This document shows, piece by piece, positions 54,601 to 64,000 of a stretch of 64,000 nucleotides of DNA (the stretch's first letter is position 1; each line of letters opens with the position of its first letter). The notes beneath the pieces were generated by a model that saw only the letters and a list, made by a program, of their open reading frames with translations, was not told the origin of the DNA and did not search any database. This DNA is from Callorhinchus milii (lineage: Eukaryota). The stretch is taken from NCBI RefSeq assembly GCF_018977255.1, contig NW_024704742.1, forward strand, positions 108,562,001 through 108,626,000, read 5' to 3'. The position numbers and the translations under genes are program-made.

Positions 54601-57600
54601 CCTTTCTTCCAGTGATGTCAATGGGTGTAAATGTTTAGGCTGTCATGTTCATAGTCTGTTTGACATCCATTGGATTCTGAACCAATGGTGAAATGTAACT
54701 GGAGCATTAGTAGTGAACTCTTCCTTTGCTACCTACCTGAGCAGCACTTTTATTTGCAGAACCTGAAGCAGTGGATGAAACACTTGCAGATTCCTTTGGA
54801 TTCTTGGGCTGCAACAGAATAAAATTAAGTTGAAATATCCCTGCAAGTCTCAACCCCTTGCTCTCAACACTCAAAGCCATTTCTATGACTTCTGATGTAG
54901 CAAAATAGAATTATATGCAGAACAAAAGGGTCACTGATCAAACAACCTCAGGCATATTGTTAATACGTCATCACTTGCCTCACCTCCAAACTCCAAACAG
55001 CACCACTGTGGTGTTTACATTTCACACATCAAACCAAACCATGCTTTTTGCCTGAGACTACCAGTGTAGTACCAAATCTGAGAGCAGTTTAATGTTGTGA
55101 CCTTGTGCCCACTGGATTGAGATTGCCCAAACTGGCATGGAACCCTTAACACCATTAAACTGATTGGTAACTGCTTCCATCAGTTTGGAACAGAATCCAA
55201 GCCAGTTCCCAGAGTTACAAAATATGTATGGAAATCTCATCTTGGTTTGAATACTCTTAACCATGGTGCTGGGTTTCCACATGGGTCAGACACCCAACTG
55301 ACCAAAAAATATATTAGAACTACTGTGTCAACCAGGTCACAACCTGGAAAAGCATAAACCTCTAGCCCAAATAGCCATCATAAAAGCATCTTTGATATAT
55401 ATGTGACATGGTAAGAAGCTATTTAGTTTGAGAAAACACTCGTTTACAGAAGCACAATTTCAGACATGTTAACTTGCCATATAAAAACTCAGTATTTTGT
55501 TTTTGTAAAATCAGGCGGTCTGTGGATTTTCTCTGTCGTTTGTATTGAAATCTCCTCGAAATCACACAGGGAAAAGGCAGTAGAATGGGACTAAACAGAG
55601 AGCTCTTTCAGAAAGCAATGCAGGTGCGATGGGCTGAATGCCCTCCTTCTGTGCTGTAAATTTTTAATAGGACAAATGGTGTCAGCCTGGCTTGATGGGT
55701 AGTACTCTCATCTCCGCGTCAGAAAGTTGTGGGTTTAAGCCCCACATTGAGACTTTGAACTCAAGTCTTGGCATACTCCCGTGCAGTGCTGGGGGGTGGG
55801 ATGGGCTCTCCTGATTGGCTCCCATCAGCGCCTCCACACCTCAGATGCTGACAGCATCACCATCCATGTTTGCACACTCCACTTTACTAAGCCAGTCCGG
55901 AACTTGGAGTCTTGTTTGACCCTAAATTATCCTTTCTACCCCACATCCATGCCATGACCTGCACTGCCTTCCCCCACCTCTGCAACATCGCCCGGCTCCG
56001 CCACTGTCTCACACCGCAGGCAGCCGAAACCCTCACACAACCATTCATATCATGCAGGCTTGACTATGCAAACTCCTTGCTTGTCGGCCTCCCCAACTTC
56101 TCCCTCCGTAGGCTGCAGATCATCCAGGATTCTGCAGCCCGTGTTCTCTCCCCCATCAGGATCCGTGACCCTAGCAACCCCATCCTCCCATGACTCCACT
56201 GGCTTCCCATCACACAGAGGATACAATTCAAGATCCTTGTCCACACCTTGTTCTCCACTATCTCTGTGACCTCCTAACCCCCTACCATCCTGCCCGCTCC
56301 CTCCGTTCAGCAGGCTCCGGCATGCTTCACGTCCCCTGCCTCACCCTCCCCACCATTGGCGGGGCGTGCCTTCTGCCGCTCTTCCCCCACTCTCTGGAAT
56401 TCCATCCCGCAGTCGGTCTGCCTCGCCCTCTCCCTTGCCTCCTTCAAGACCCACCTCAAGACCCTCCTCTTTGACCGTGCTTTCGATTACCCTGCTTCAC
56501 CCCTACCTCCGCTCTCCCCAATCCCGATCCCCAGCTCAGGTCTGGTGAAACACTGTGCAGCGCCTTGGGATGTCCTCCCGACATGGAAGGCGCTTTACAA
56601 ATGTAATTTTGTTGTTGTTGCTGTTGTTGTAAGGGGGTGGGGGGGTGGTGGGTGGTGGTGAGAAGAGAAGAGCAATAAACAAGAACAGAGCTGTTTCCTG
56701 GCTTGTTATCCCCACCACAGTAGTTCTGTACTGGTTTGAGGAAACAGTTACACTCATGTTTATACCTACAGAAGACCATGTAGTAGAACAGTTTATGGAG
56801 AACACGATTTTCTCATTGCCAACATCATTTTCCCCTTTATACCTACTGCTGAACTGATCACTCCAGAAATTGAACACTACACATCTTCGGATAGTGTTCA
56901 CTTGTTCAGGATTCAGTCAATATTTTAAGAGAACTCTTTAAATTTGAATTCAAGATCCTCATCCTCACCTACAAGGCCATTCACGGCTTTGCTCCCTCCT
57001 ACCTCTCCGAACTACTATCCCCCTACTTACCTGCCCGTACCCTCCATTCCTCTGGCTCCGGTCTGCTCAACATCCCCCGCCCCAACCACCCTAACATCGG
57101 TGGCTGGGCCTTCAGCCTCTCAGCCCCGAGCCTCTGGAACTCTATCCCCAGTGCCTTCGCCGCCGCCTCCCTTTCCTCCTTCAAGGCCGGTCTCAAGACC
57201 TTTCTCTTTGACCGTACTTTCAGCTCCCCTCTCGACTCTCTACCCCCTCCTCGCTCCCTCCCCTCACCCTGACCATTTCCCCCCTGCTCGGTTCCTAACC
57301 CAACAGTCCAGGGCCTTGGAACGTCCTCCCGACGTGAAAGGCGCTCTATAAATGGAATCTTGTTGTTGTTATAACAGTGCCTTAAATCATATCTATCCAC
57401 ATCATAGTACAATTATGCTATTCCATATAACACAGCTAGAAATACCAAACTAACACATATTATTGTTCTTAAGATTAGAGATTCGTAGAAAATCACTATT
57501 GTAGTTTAGCATTTTTTCCAACCTCCAAAATGCCCAGAACACATTAACAACTTCCCTTGAAATGGAGAGAAAGTTAGACATGAAAGCCTGAATTTGTCAA

Positions 57601-60600
57601 GACCATCCTGAATGTTCCTATACCGAGTTATGACACAACTATTAGATAAAGAGAGTGGAAAACCTATGTGAGAGTGACCAAAACACATCAAAATAACATT
57701 CAATTCTGCCTCAAAAGCAACCCTGCTGCTGATTATCTGAATGTGAAAGTGGCCATATGATTAAATGAACAGCTGAATTGCAGGAGTTGGTGATTAACTC
57801 AAGAGAAGTTTTTCTCCTTTCATGTAAAAGGGATCATTTTATGCTGAGAACTACAAATGGTAAATTTGTCACTGTATCTTTCATGTGAAATTCCATTCCA
57901 AAGGTGTATTTTTGTTATTTAAAATATATTCCTCCCCCATTCCCACGAGTCACAGAACGAGGATCATTGGAACTATTTAAACCAGGTTGATCATTTCAAA
58001 TAACACTAAATTCACAAAGTAGATGGTCTTACATCTTAGCCCCAATTCTTTGAAGCTATCTCAATTTCTAATAGACCTGTTAACTTCAGCATTTAACAAA
58101 CAGAACATATTCTGTTCTTCCCAATTTCACAACCTTAGACTGTAAGACCATTTTGTCTTGTAATGTAAGACAGTGAAGAAATGTGCATTTTTTTAAAATT
58201 TGGAGGATGGTTTTCCACAGTTATTAAAACAGGACTGGATACCAAATTGAGGCTGAATTTAAGAGTTTTTCACAATTCTTCATTTTCAAAGCAAGACAAT
58301 CATAAAGGTTAGGACTGGTGAAATTTCAATCTCTGTGTGTTAGTCTTCCTTCTAACCACACATACATATATTAGACAGGAACATTTTTCATAAGCAAAGC
58401 ATCCATTTGAAACTGGTACAGGTACAGCTCTAACAGGCCATTCTCCTACATGCAATATTAATGGCTCAACTCCAAATACTCATAACTGTCAAATTCTTTA
58501 TCTGGTTATTCAAGACCCAATAGAAAAGAATTGATGGATTGCTGGTTTCCAGTGTTAATTGATCACATTTTGTTTTGAAAAATTGTGACAATAATTCACA
58601 GGAAATAATATTCATATTATTCAGATTAAAAGAAATCCAAGCTTTTTCATATTATTGTATTCGAATTACGAGAGTCACAATTATTTACAGAGTTCATCTC
58701 TGTTACAATTTTGTCTCAAAGTGATCTTTAGATGTTGAAGGCTATTGATTGTTCAAGATTTTAAGCTGTATTTGTCCATCAATAATCTTCCTCAGGTGTC
58801 AATGTCTTACCTCAATAACTGATGCATTTTTCAGTGTTGTAATTACTGCTCCCTTCTGGTCAATACTGGTACTCTCCAAAGACTTGATAATGGTTCCCTT
58901 TAAGCTGTTTATTTCCTCACCAATCATGAGTGATACCTCGCTCATAATTTGACTTTTCATATCAGCTACAATCTTCATTACGTCTTCTAAATGTTTCTGA
59001 TGTATTTCCTCTTTGAAGCGCACGCTGTTGGCATTTGCTGCATGTATGTTGCGGGATTGCTTAACGTCCTGTTAGAAGTCAGAGCAAGACTGGACAGTGA
59101 CACATCTGTAACTGTCCCTCTTGGAGGGTCTTTTAATGGAAATTCTAAGGCGGTGCATATTCAGTAGGTAACAGCAAACAACCCACTGGTAACCTGCCCA
59201 CTTGCATATCTCAACATCTAATAGCAAAACTATAATTCCATTGCTTCCAACCTCTCAATTGTTTGCTGCATTCTTTATATAAGAAGTAACAATCTTTCAC
59301 TAAGCTTGTTTACTTTGCTTCCAAATCCTCAAACTGTGGTCATATAGTTATCACTTCTTGTTGAATAAACTAGATTCTTCACCTCAAGATCACTAGCAAA
59401 TGCACTTAACATTACATGCTTTATTAAATCTATTTTCCAATGCTAAATTCAACAAAATAATGGTCCATTCCCCTCATTCTTTGCAAATTATTGAACACTA
59501 TTTTTAGCCACTCAGCTAAAACTTAAAACTGAATTTCTACACTATTCATAACACAGCAACAAACATATACACATCCAGTACATGAATTAATTTGAATGAA
59601 TAATTATTCCATCTTTCACAGACATTGCTACTTTAAAGAACAATTAAGATTTTTTAAAAGGACAGAAAGATTAGGATTATCTGACTGAAAATCATTAGTT
59701 TATTAAAATTGAATATGCAATTCTAAATTTTTAACTGGTTGATTAATCAGCTCATTAAAAGGATAAGTGCGACAGATCTAGAATCAAGCATGCATTGGTT
59801 GGGTAACAAATTGAGCTGTCTAACTCCACCTAGACTTTAAAAAAAACTGCACCTGTTATACAATAAAAGAAATTACAAGATAATTTTACAATAAGACACA
59901 GATTACAATACTTTAAATACTAGTAGTAGAATCGAACCAAGATCTTGATCATAACATTTCTACCATTCAGATTCACTCCTTTGCACTTCAAATCTATCTG
60001 CACCGTATCACACCCCACACCTTTCCCCCCCGAACAGTACCAAGTGTGACCACCTGAAACTGCACCTAGAGCTATGTTACTGGAAGTAAAACAATAGACT
60101 TTTATCCACTAGTTGTGCAGAGTATAAGGAAAATCAATACAACATTCCTTCAAAGCATCTAAACTAGTGTCAGATGTCAGAACTAATGTGCTTGGCTATG
60201 GAATATCGGAATCGAGTCATCCACTGCGTCTCAATAGTCCAGTTTTTGATCCAGGCAGGCCCACAGCCTAACTTTTTAACAAGACTTAGAGGAGCAGAAC
60301 AGTCACTGCAGACTGAGATTTCTCGCACTTAGTACTTGGCAACCCTGCAAGCCAAAGTCCTAATGTGTAGGGTGATCCCGGTAGGCAAGCAGTGTTAAAC
60401 TTACTAGTGTTCACGTTAGAAAGCTGCATGGTGTTAGTTGTTCAGATACCATCAGTATCCCTAGTGCACACTCTGGTGTCCCCAAACTCTGGCTCTTGCC
60501 AATTTGTTGCTAAACTCTCCAGGATTAAGTAAGTAGGGTGAAGTTTTCTGGGAAAGTACACTCCATGCCAAAAATGGAAACTACGGAAATCTCGGTAGTT

Positions 60601-63600
60601 TAGCTTATGAGACTCTTAATCATGTTGGTGAGTTTCTGTATATATTGGAAACACTGCTGACCAATAACAAAAGCCTCATTTGTACCAACCAAATTGATTT
60701 TGCCACCGAACATGCAGAATAAACATAGTACAAGTTTGGAGGGAAAGCTCACCAAACTGGAATGAGAAGAAAATATTGAGATATTACTGACAATATTCTG
60801 AAAGGGTACATAATAAATGTTAGAACGTTAATGGATTTAAATTGATGAGGAACAAAGAGGGCATAGTGGAAATTCGACAAGACTTGTGGCATTAGAGATC
60901 ACAGAGATCAATCACAGAGCAGATTTTTGTAAAGACCGACTCTAAGCAAAGCCAATTAATGCTGTGCCACTTGTTTCCTTTCAAAATGAGTTGGATGAAT
61001 CTCTGTTTAGAAATGGTACTCAAGGTTAGAATGATAAGCATATACTTAGATGATCAAATTCTCCATGGCACACAATACAACAACAAAATTACAGTTTTAC
61101 AGTGCCTGTCATGTACGTGAAAACAATAATTCTAGTTATGCTCGCATCACGTTAACGTTGCCTATGGAATGCATCGGGTTAAGGTTTAATCATATATATT
61201 GCAGCTCTAGACTAAAATCATGGCACTTCTATACATTTCTTCCAATTAGGCAACTGGAATTTGTTTCATAGTTATCTTCTTTATAGTTTTATTAAACATA
61301 TAAGATTACAGAATTAATTTCAAGTACAAATCGTGAAGCCATTCAGATATTTTGCTCAGTGATTTGGATAGAATGAACTTTCCCACATGGGGAAACATTA
61401 TAATCAATCTCAGTCACATTTATTAACACCAAATAATAATTCTTGCATTTGATATAGCATGTTTCACATCGACAGCACTGAATAAGATTTTTATTCTAAA
61501 GTTCAGTGACTGTATTTTGTAGGCAAGTTTAGACAAAGAAACTTTAAAGCACGTTTCTCATCCTTTCTTGTTTCAATTTGCTTTGATCCATTCAGAATAA
61601 CAGTGTCTGATCCATGAAAGTATTAAATCACAAGTACGCCCTTGAACCATCGAAATTCAGATTTTATGATTAATGTATTACAATTTCTGCAAATTTCACT
61701 CCAAAATTCTTCAGAGTTAATATAAAAACCATTGCCATAAAATTTAAGATTTGTGCATAATTTTAGAAAATTCTTTAATTCAGCCTTACGTTTCCTGCGT
61801 TTTTAAAAAGAATTGAAGATATTCCAAGATTCTGCATAACCTTACAATTTAAGAGAGTGGTCTTAAGGCTAAGACTATGAGAAATTAAATTCTTGAAATC
61901 CAATCATTTTCCATCACTTCTACTAGCAACCAGATCAGATGTCAGTAGTTATTGATAAGGATAAGTAAAATTACTCTGGAAACAAGTAAAATCTGTATCT
62001 CAGAGTTATTCCCTGGGCTGGCACAAGTTATAGAAACTGAATTCTGGAGCGCAGGTTACACAAACAGGTTACAGAAGTAAAGGGCAGTTATTATATAGAC
62101 ACACAGTGAAGTAGTACAAACAAGAAAAAAGTCACAAGCCCACCAATAAATTGACATTTGCGCCTTTAGCTTGTAACTGTTAGTGGCACACCCTTGTTCC
62201 TAAAAGAAGTAGCATTGACGTTAGCAGAGTACAATCTTTCATATGAAATGTGCACAAATGCAAAATAAATTCAGTTGCAGAACAAGTACCCGCTGGGTAG
62301 TTTTCCCATTACTTATGCTAAATCTGACTGCACACTTGGTTTTGGCCTCTTAGATCTATCATGCCAATTCTAAAATTATTTACCTTTGAAGTATCACTTG
62401 TTTTTCCCAGGACCATTTTGCCCTTTTGGGAGCCTGCTATAGGGCTGTGTGACTGTTTTTCTCCTGTGGTCCCACTTGATTTAGTAGAGGAAACAGTAGC
62501 AGCTTTACCCTAGCATGAAGATTAAAAAGCATTAAAAGCAGAAACATGCAGCAAGGGGATACCTGAAATGCACCATAAAAACGACACAATTGATCAAGGA
62601 TATCTTTCTATTTACCAAAGCTGTATCTTTCGGCTTTGCCCCAGAGAAACTTGAGGAGCTTGTGGCCTGCTGGAAGAAGAAATATTGTTCTTACTTTAAA
62701 AAATTAAATGATGTTATTTTAAAAAATATATTTTGGGGTGATGAAATGTTTTGCAAATCATTTCAGGACATTTTCATTAAATGGTAGCATCCCATGGTAT
62801 TTTACACTTTTACGTCACTGTTTCATAAGATAATAAAGCATGGATTAAGAAAAAGTTTAGCATGCCAACACTCTTGTTCCATCTATTGACAATACAGAGC
62901 ACCGCAGTGGTTAGAGCACTCACTTTGCAGGAGCCAGATACATCAGTCACACTTCAATTCTAGGCATGGTGAGAACTTGGTCAAGTTTCTGTACTCCACA
63001 CTTTGCAAGCGAGAGACCTGAGTTCAATTCCAGGCAGGGTGAAACCTTGGGCAAGTTTCCTTACTCCACACACCTAATAATAATCTCTCCAAAACCAAAA
63101 ACAATAATAAATTGGTCATTTTCAATCTACGACTGTTTGTGGGACATTGCTGTATGTAATTGGCTGCCGCGTTCGTCCACAAATATACAGTCAATTCACT
63201 TTACAGTGTGTTCTGTGAAGTGCTTTGGAACGTCCACCCGACGTGAAAAGCGCTATATCAAATGCAAGGATTATTATTATTATTATTATTATCTCAAACT
63301 ACTAAGACATAATCAGCAACAATTCAACCCGATTATCGGGTTGAATTATTGGGGTCAATTTCTTTAAGTTCCCAATATAGAGAACCTTGCATTTGTCCAT
63401 ATTGAACTTAATTTCCCAATGATCAACCCAGGTGCACACCTTGGCAAACTTTTTTTTAAAATTGTATTGGGCTTTTTTGATTCCATGAGTCCCTCTATCT
63501 TGATGTCATTTATGAATGTAACTAACTTACATTGAGTCCGTAGATCCTAGTTATTGATGTATACGAGGAACAGGAAGGGTCCCAGTTTGATTGCTTCAGA

Positions 63601-63726
63601 AGAATTTATACACTGTATATTTATTGGCTCTATCACTTTGATTGTTAACTGTAGGTAGAGGTTGTAGCTTACCTTGGCTGCTGGATTTGTTTTGCTCCCT
63701 GGTTCCATCTTGGGGGTCGGTTTACC
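14604..63726 (-). CDS. CAST: Calpastatin (5' exons outside window); 40 exons placed, about 1118 aa in the window, seven inhibitory domains
   Basis: Repeated subdomain A (ALDxLSDML..YTGPEV), B ((L/V)GE..(T/S)(I/L)PPxYR) and C (DAMxxDF) exons with AG/GT boundaries and open frames; adjacent to an ERAP gene as in other vertebrates. Confidence 0.93.
14690..15712 (+). mobile_element. CR1 LINE RT fragment
   Basis: PIFKKGDR..NYRPVSLTSVVGK..QHGFQKGRSCLTNL..YLDFQKAFD, then GSVLGPLLF and KFADDTKLGG across frameshifts. Confidence 0.93.
16350..16856 (+). mobile_element. L2 LINE 3' end with a 39-bp triplication in its 3' UTR
   Basis: EFKILILTYKAIHGLAPSYL..FKAGLKTFLFDRAF; tgaccatt at 16678, 16717, 16756; (GTT)n tail; close relative at 56945-57370. 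Confidence 0.9.
17615..18190 (+). mobile_element. L2 LINE 3' fragment
   Basis: GLPNSSLHKLHIIQNSAARVL; tail gggacgtcctcccgacgtggaaagcgctctataaatgtaattttgttgtt. Confidence 0.88.
19169..23596 (-). CDS. CAST: CAST inhibitory domain 7
   Basis: A 23495-23596 (GALDELSDMLQ..YTGPEVK), B 21711-21794 (KVGERESSLPPDYRF), linker 21040-21099, C 19169-19270 (VMDAMSLDFGQ). Confidence 0.9.
21921..22228 (-). mobile_element. tRNA-derived SINE
   Basis: Reverse complement of the 10111 family including A/B boxes and tail. Confidence 0.85.
24403..27102 (-). CDS. CAST: CAST inhibitory domain 6
   Basis: A 27001-27102, B 26347-26430, linker 25714-25773, C 24984-25091 (shifted acceptor), spacer 24403-24474. Confidence 0.88.
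28588..32055 (-). CDS. CAST: CAST inhibitory domain 5
   Basis: A 31954-32055, B 31440-31523, linker 30588-30647, C 29004-29123, spacer 28588-28653. Confidence 0.9.
33666..37923 (-). CDS. CAST: CAST inhibitory domain 4
   Basis: A 37822-37923, B 37082-37165 (KVGEREDSLPPDYRFNPE), linker 36292-36351, C 33981-34100 (VLDAMASDFAQ), spacer 33666-33731. Confidence 0.9.
38410..38830 (+). mobile_element. Old CR1 3' fragment
   Basis: Degenerate match to the 7520-7930 CR1 end (agaaggttgagaagatacttaatagag..). Confidence 0.6.
38964..44690 (-). CDS. CAST: CAST inhibitory domain 3
   Basis: A 44589-44690, B 44014-44097 (KVGEREDSIPPNYRF), linker 43021-43080, C 42229-42348 (LVDAMALDFAQ), spacer 38964-39029. 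Confidence 0.9.
44268..44424 (+). mobile_element. SINE 3' half
   Basis: Same body and (TTA)n tail as the 10111 family. Confidence 0.85.
45306..50684 (-). CDS. CAST: CAST inhibitory domain 2
   Basis: A 50583-50684 (GAFDELSDMLL..YTGPQIK), B 49395-49478 (KVGEREDSLPPEYRLL), linker 49077-49136, C 47628-47747 (IMDVMALDFAQ), spacer 45306-45371. Confidence 0.9.
45725..46592 (+). mobile_element. L2 LINE 3' fragment
   Basis: NFLQLNVGKTEALLIG, VRNLGVLFDPELSF, HAFVTSRLNYGNSLL, L2 tail. Confidence 0.9.
46846..47115 (-). mobile_element. L2 3' end, inverted relative to the neighbouring copy
   Basis: Reverse-complement tail acaacaaaattacatttgtatagtgcctttcac; PTIGGRAY..APTLWNS translation. Confidence 0.75.
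47940..48260 (+). mobile_element. Old CR1 3' fragment
   Basis: accagagggcatcaatttaag..tggaatgccctg..gagccggcacagacacaatg, as in other CR1 ends. Confidence 0.6.
48678..48950 (+). mobile_element. tRNA-derived SINE (5' clipped)
   Basis: Near-identical to the 10111 and 63001 copies. Confidence 0.87.
51150..51280 (-). mobile_element. Penelope-type terminal repeat fragment with minimal hammerhead motif
   Basis: Same family as 2405-2535; minus strand tgagtt-ctgacga-aagttcatcgacct-gaaacgtt-aactca. Confidence 0.65.
51537..53256 (-). CDS. CAST: CAST inhibitory domain 1
   Basis: A 53158-53256 (..SLLADTLLPE..KYTGPNVQ), B 52723-52818 (KKLGEDERTIPPDYRF), linker 51860-51910, C 51537-51659 (ALIDPLTFDI). 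Confidence 0.9.
54737..63726 (-). CDS. CAST: CAST N-terminal (L-domain-like) exons
   Basis: Phase-0 exons 63673-63726 (GKPTPKMEPGSKTNPAAK), 62616-62666 (ATSSSSFSGAKPKDTAL; tandem acceptor allows 62669), 62384-62509 (GKAATVSS..GKTSDTSK), 54737-54808 (PKNPKES..NKSAAQ). Confidence 0.75.
55805..56630 (+). mobile_element. L2 LINE 3' fragment
   Basis: FDPKLSFLPHI..AAETL..RLDYANSLLVGLP..FKTHLKTLLFDRAF; (GTT)n tail. Confidence 0.88.
56945..57370 (+). mobile_element. L2 LINE 3' end
   Basis: Closely matches 16350-16856 without the 39-bp triplication. Confidence 0.88.
62905..63291 (+). mobile_element. tRNA-derived SINE with a duplicated or older head segment
   Basis: Degenerate head 62905-63000 followed by a young copy 63001-63291 with (TTA)n tail. 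Confidence 0.85.
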
Positions 63727-64000
63727 CTTGTGTTGAAATTCAAGAATATTTAGTATTAAAATATTGAGCAAGTGAATGAATTTTTTTAAACAAGTAAACA
63801 ACCCGATTGTGCTGTAAGCAAAGTCACGCTACAATGAAATGTGGCAAAATGTGTTTCAGCGAGAGATGCAAAGAGTATCAAGACAGCTATTATATGCTCA
63901 CAGTTACACCCCATGAGAATTGCCCTGGTACACGATCCATCACAACATTAATAATTATCTGCTGGGTCTATATAATTAAAAAGAAAAATTTGTCTGCCCG

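Noticed and set aside
1-64000. CRISPR arrays, rRNA or prokaryotic systems
   Set aside because: None seen; the sequence is intron-rich vertebrate DNA.

Overview
Vertebrate genomic DNA, most likely a cartilaginous fish (inferred from the CR1, L2, Deu-domain SINE and Penelope repeats). It carries two minus-strand genes. (1) Most of a calpastatin (CAST) gene, about 14.6 kb to beyond 64 kb. I could place 40 exons by hand from splice signals and translation. It encodes SEVEN A-B-C calpain-inhibitory modules (mammals have four), built by tandem duplication of a phase-0 five-exon cassette, with intron homology still visible between neighbouring copies. (2) The 5' end of an ERAP1/ERAP2-type M1 aminopeptidase: first coding exon 936-1467, a probable non-coding first exon at about 3210-3270 and a consensus IRF/ISRE site beside a 1.9 kb C/A-rich repeat. 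Other points: a candidate 258-nt in-frame exon in the CAST N-terminal region, a shifted splice acceptor, a perfect 84-bp templated inverted insertion inside a CR1, and Penelope-type minimal hammerhead motifs. All coordinates were read by eye; repeat boundaries are approximate.
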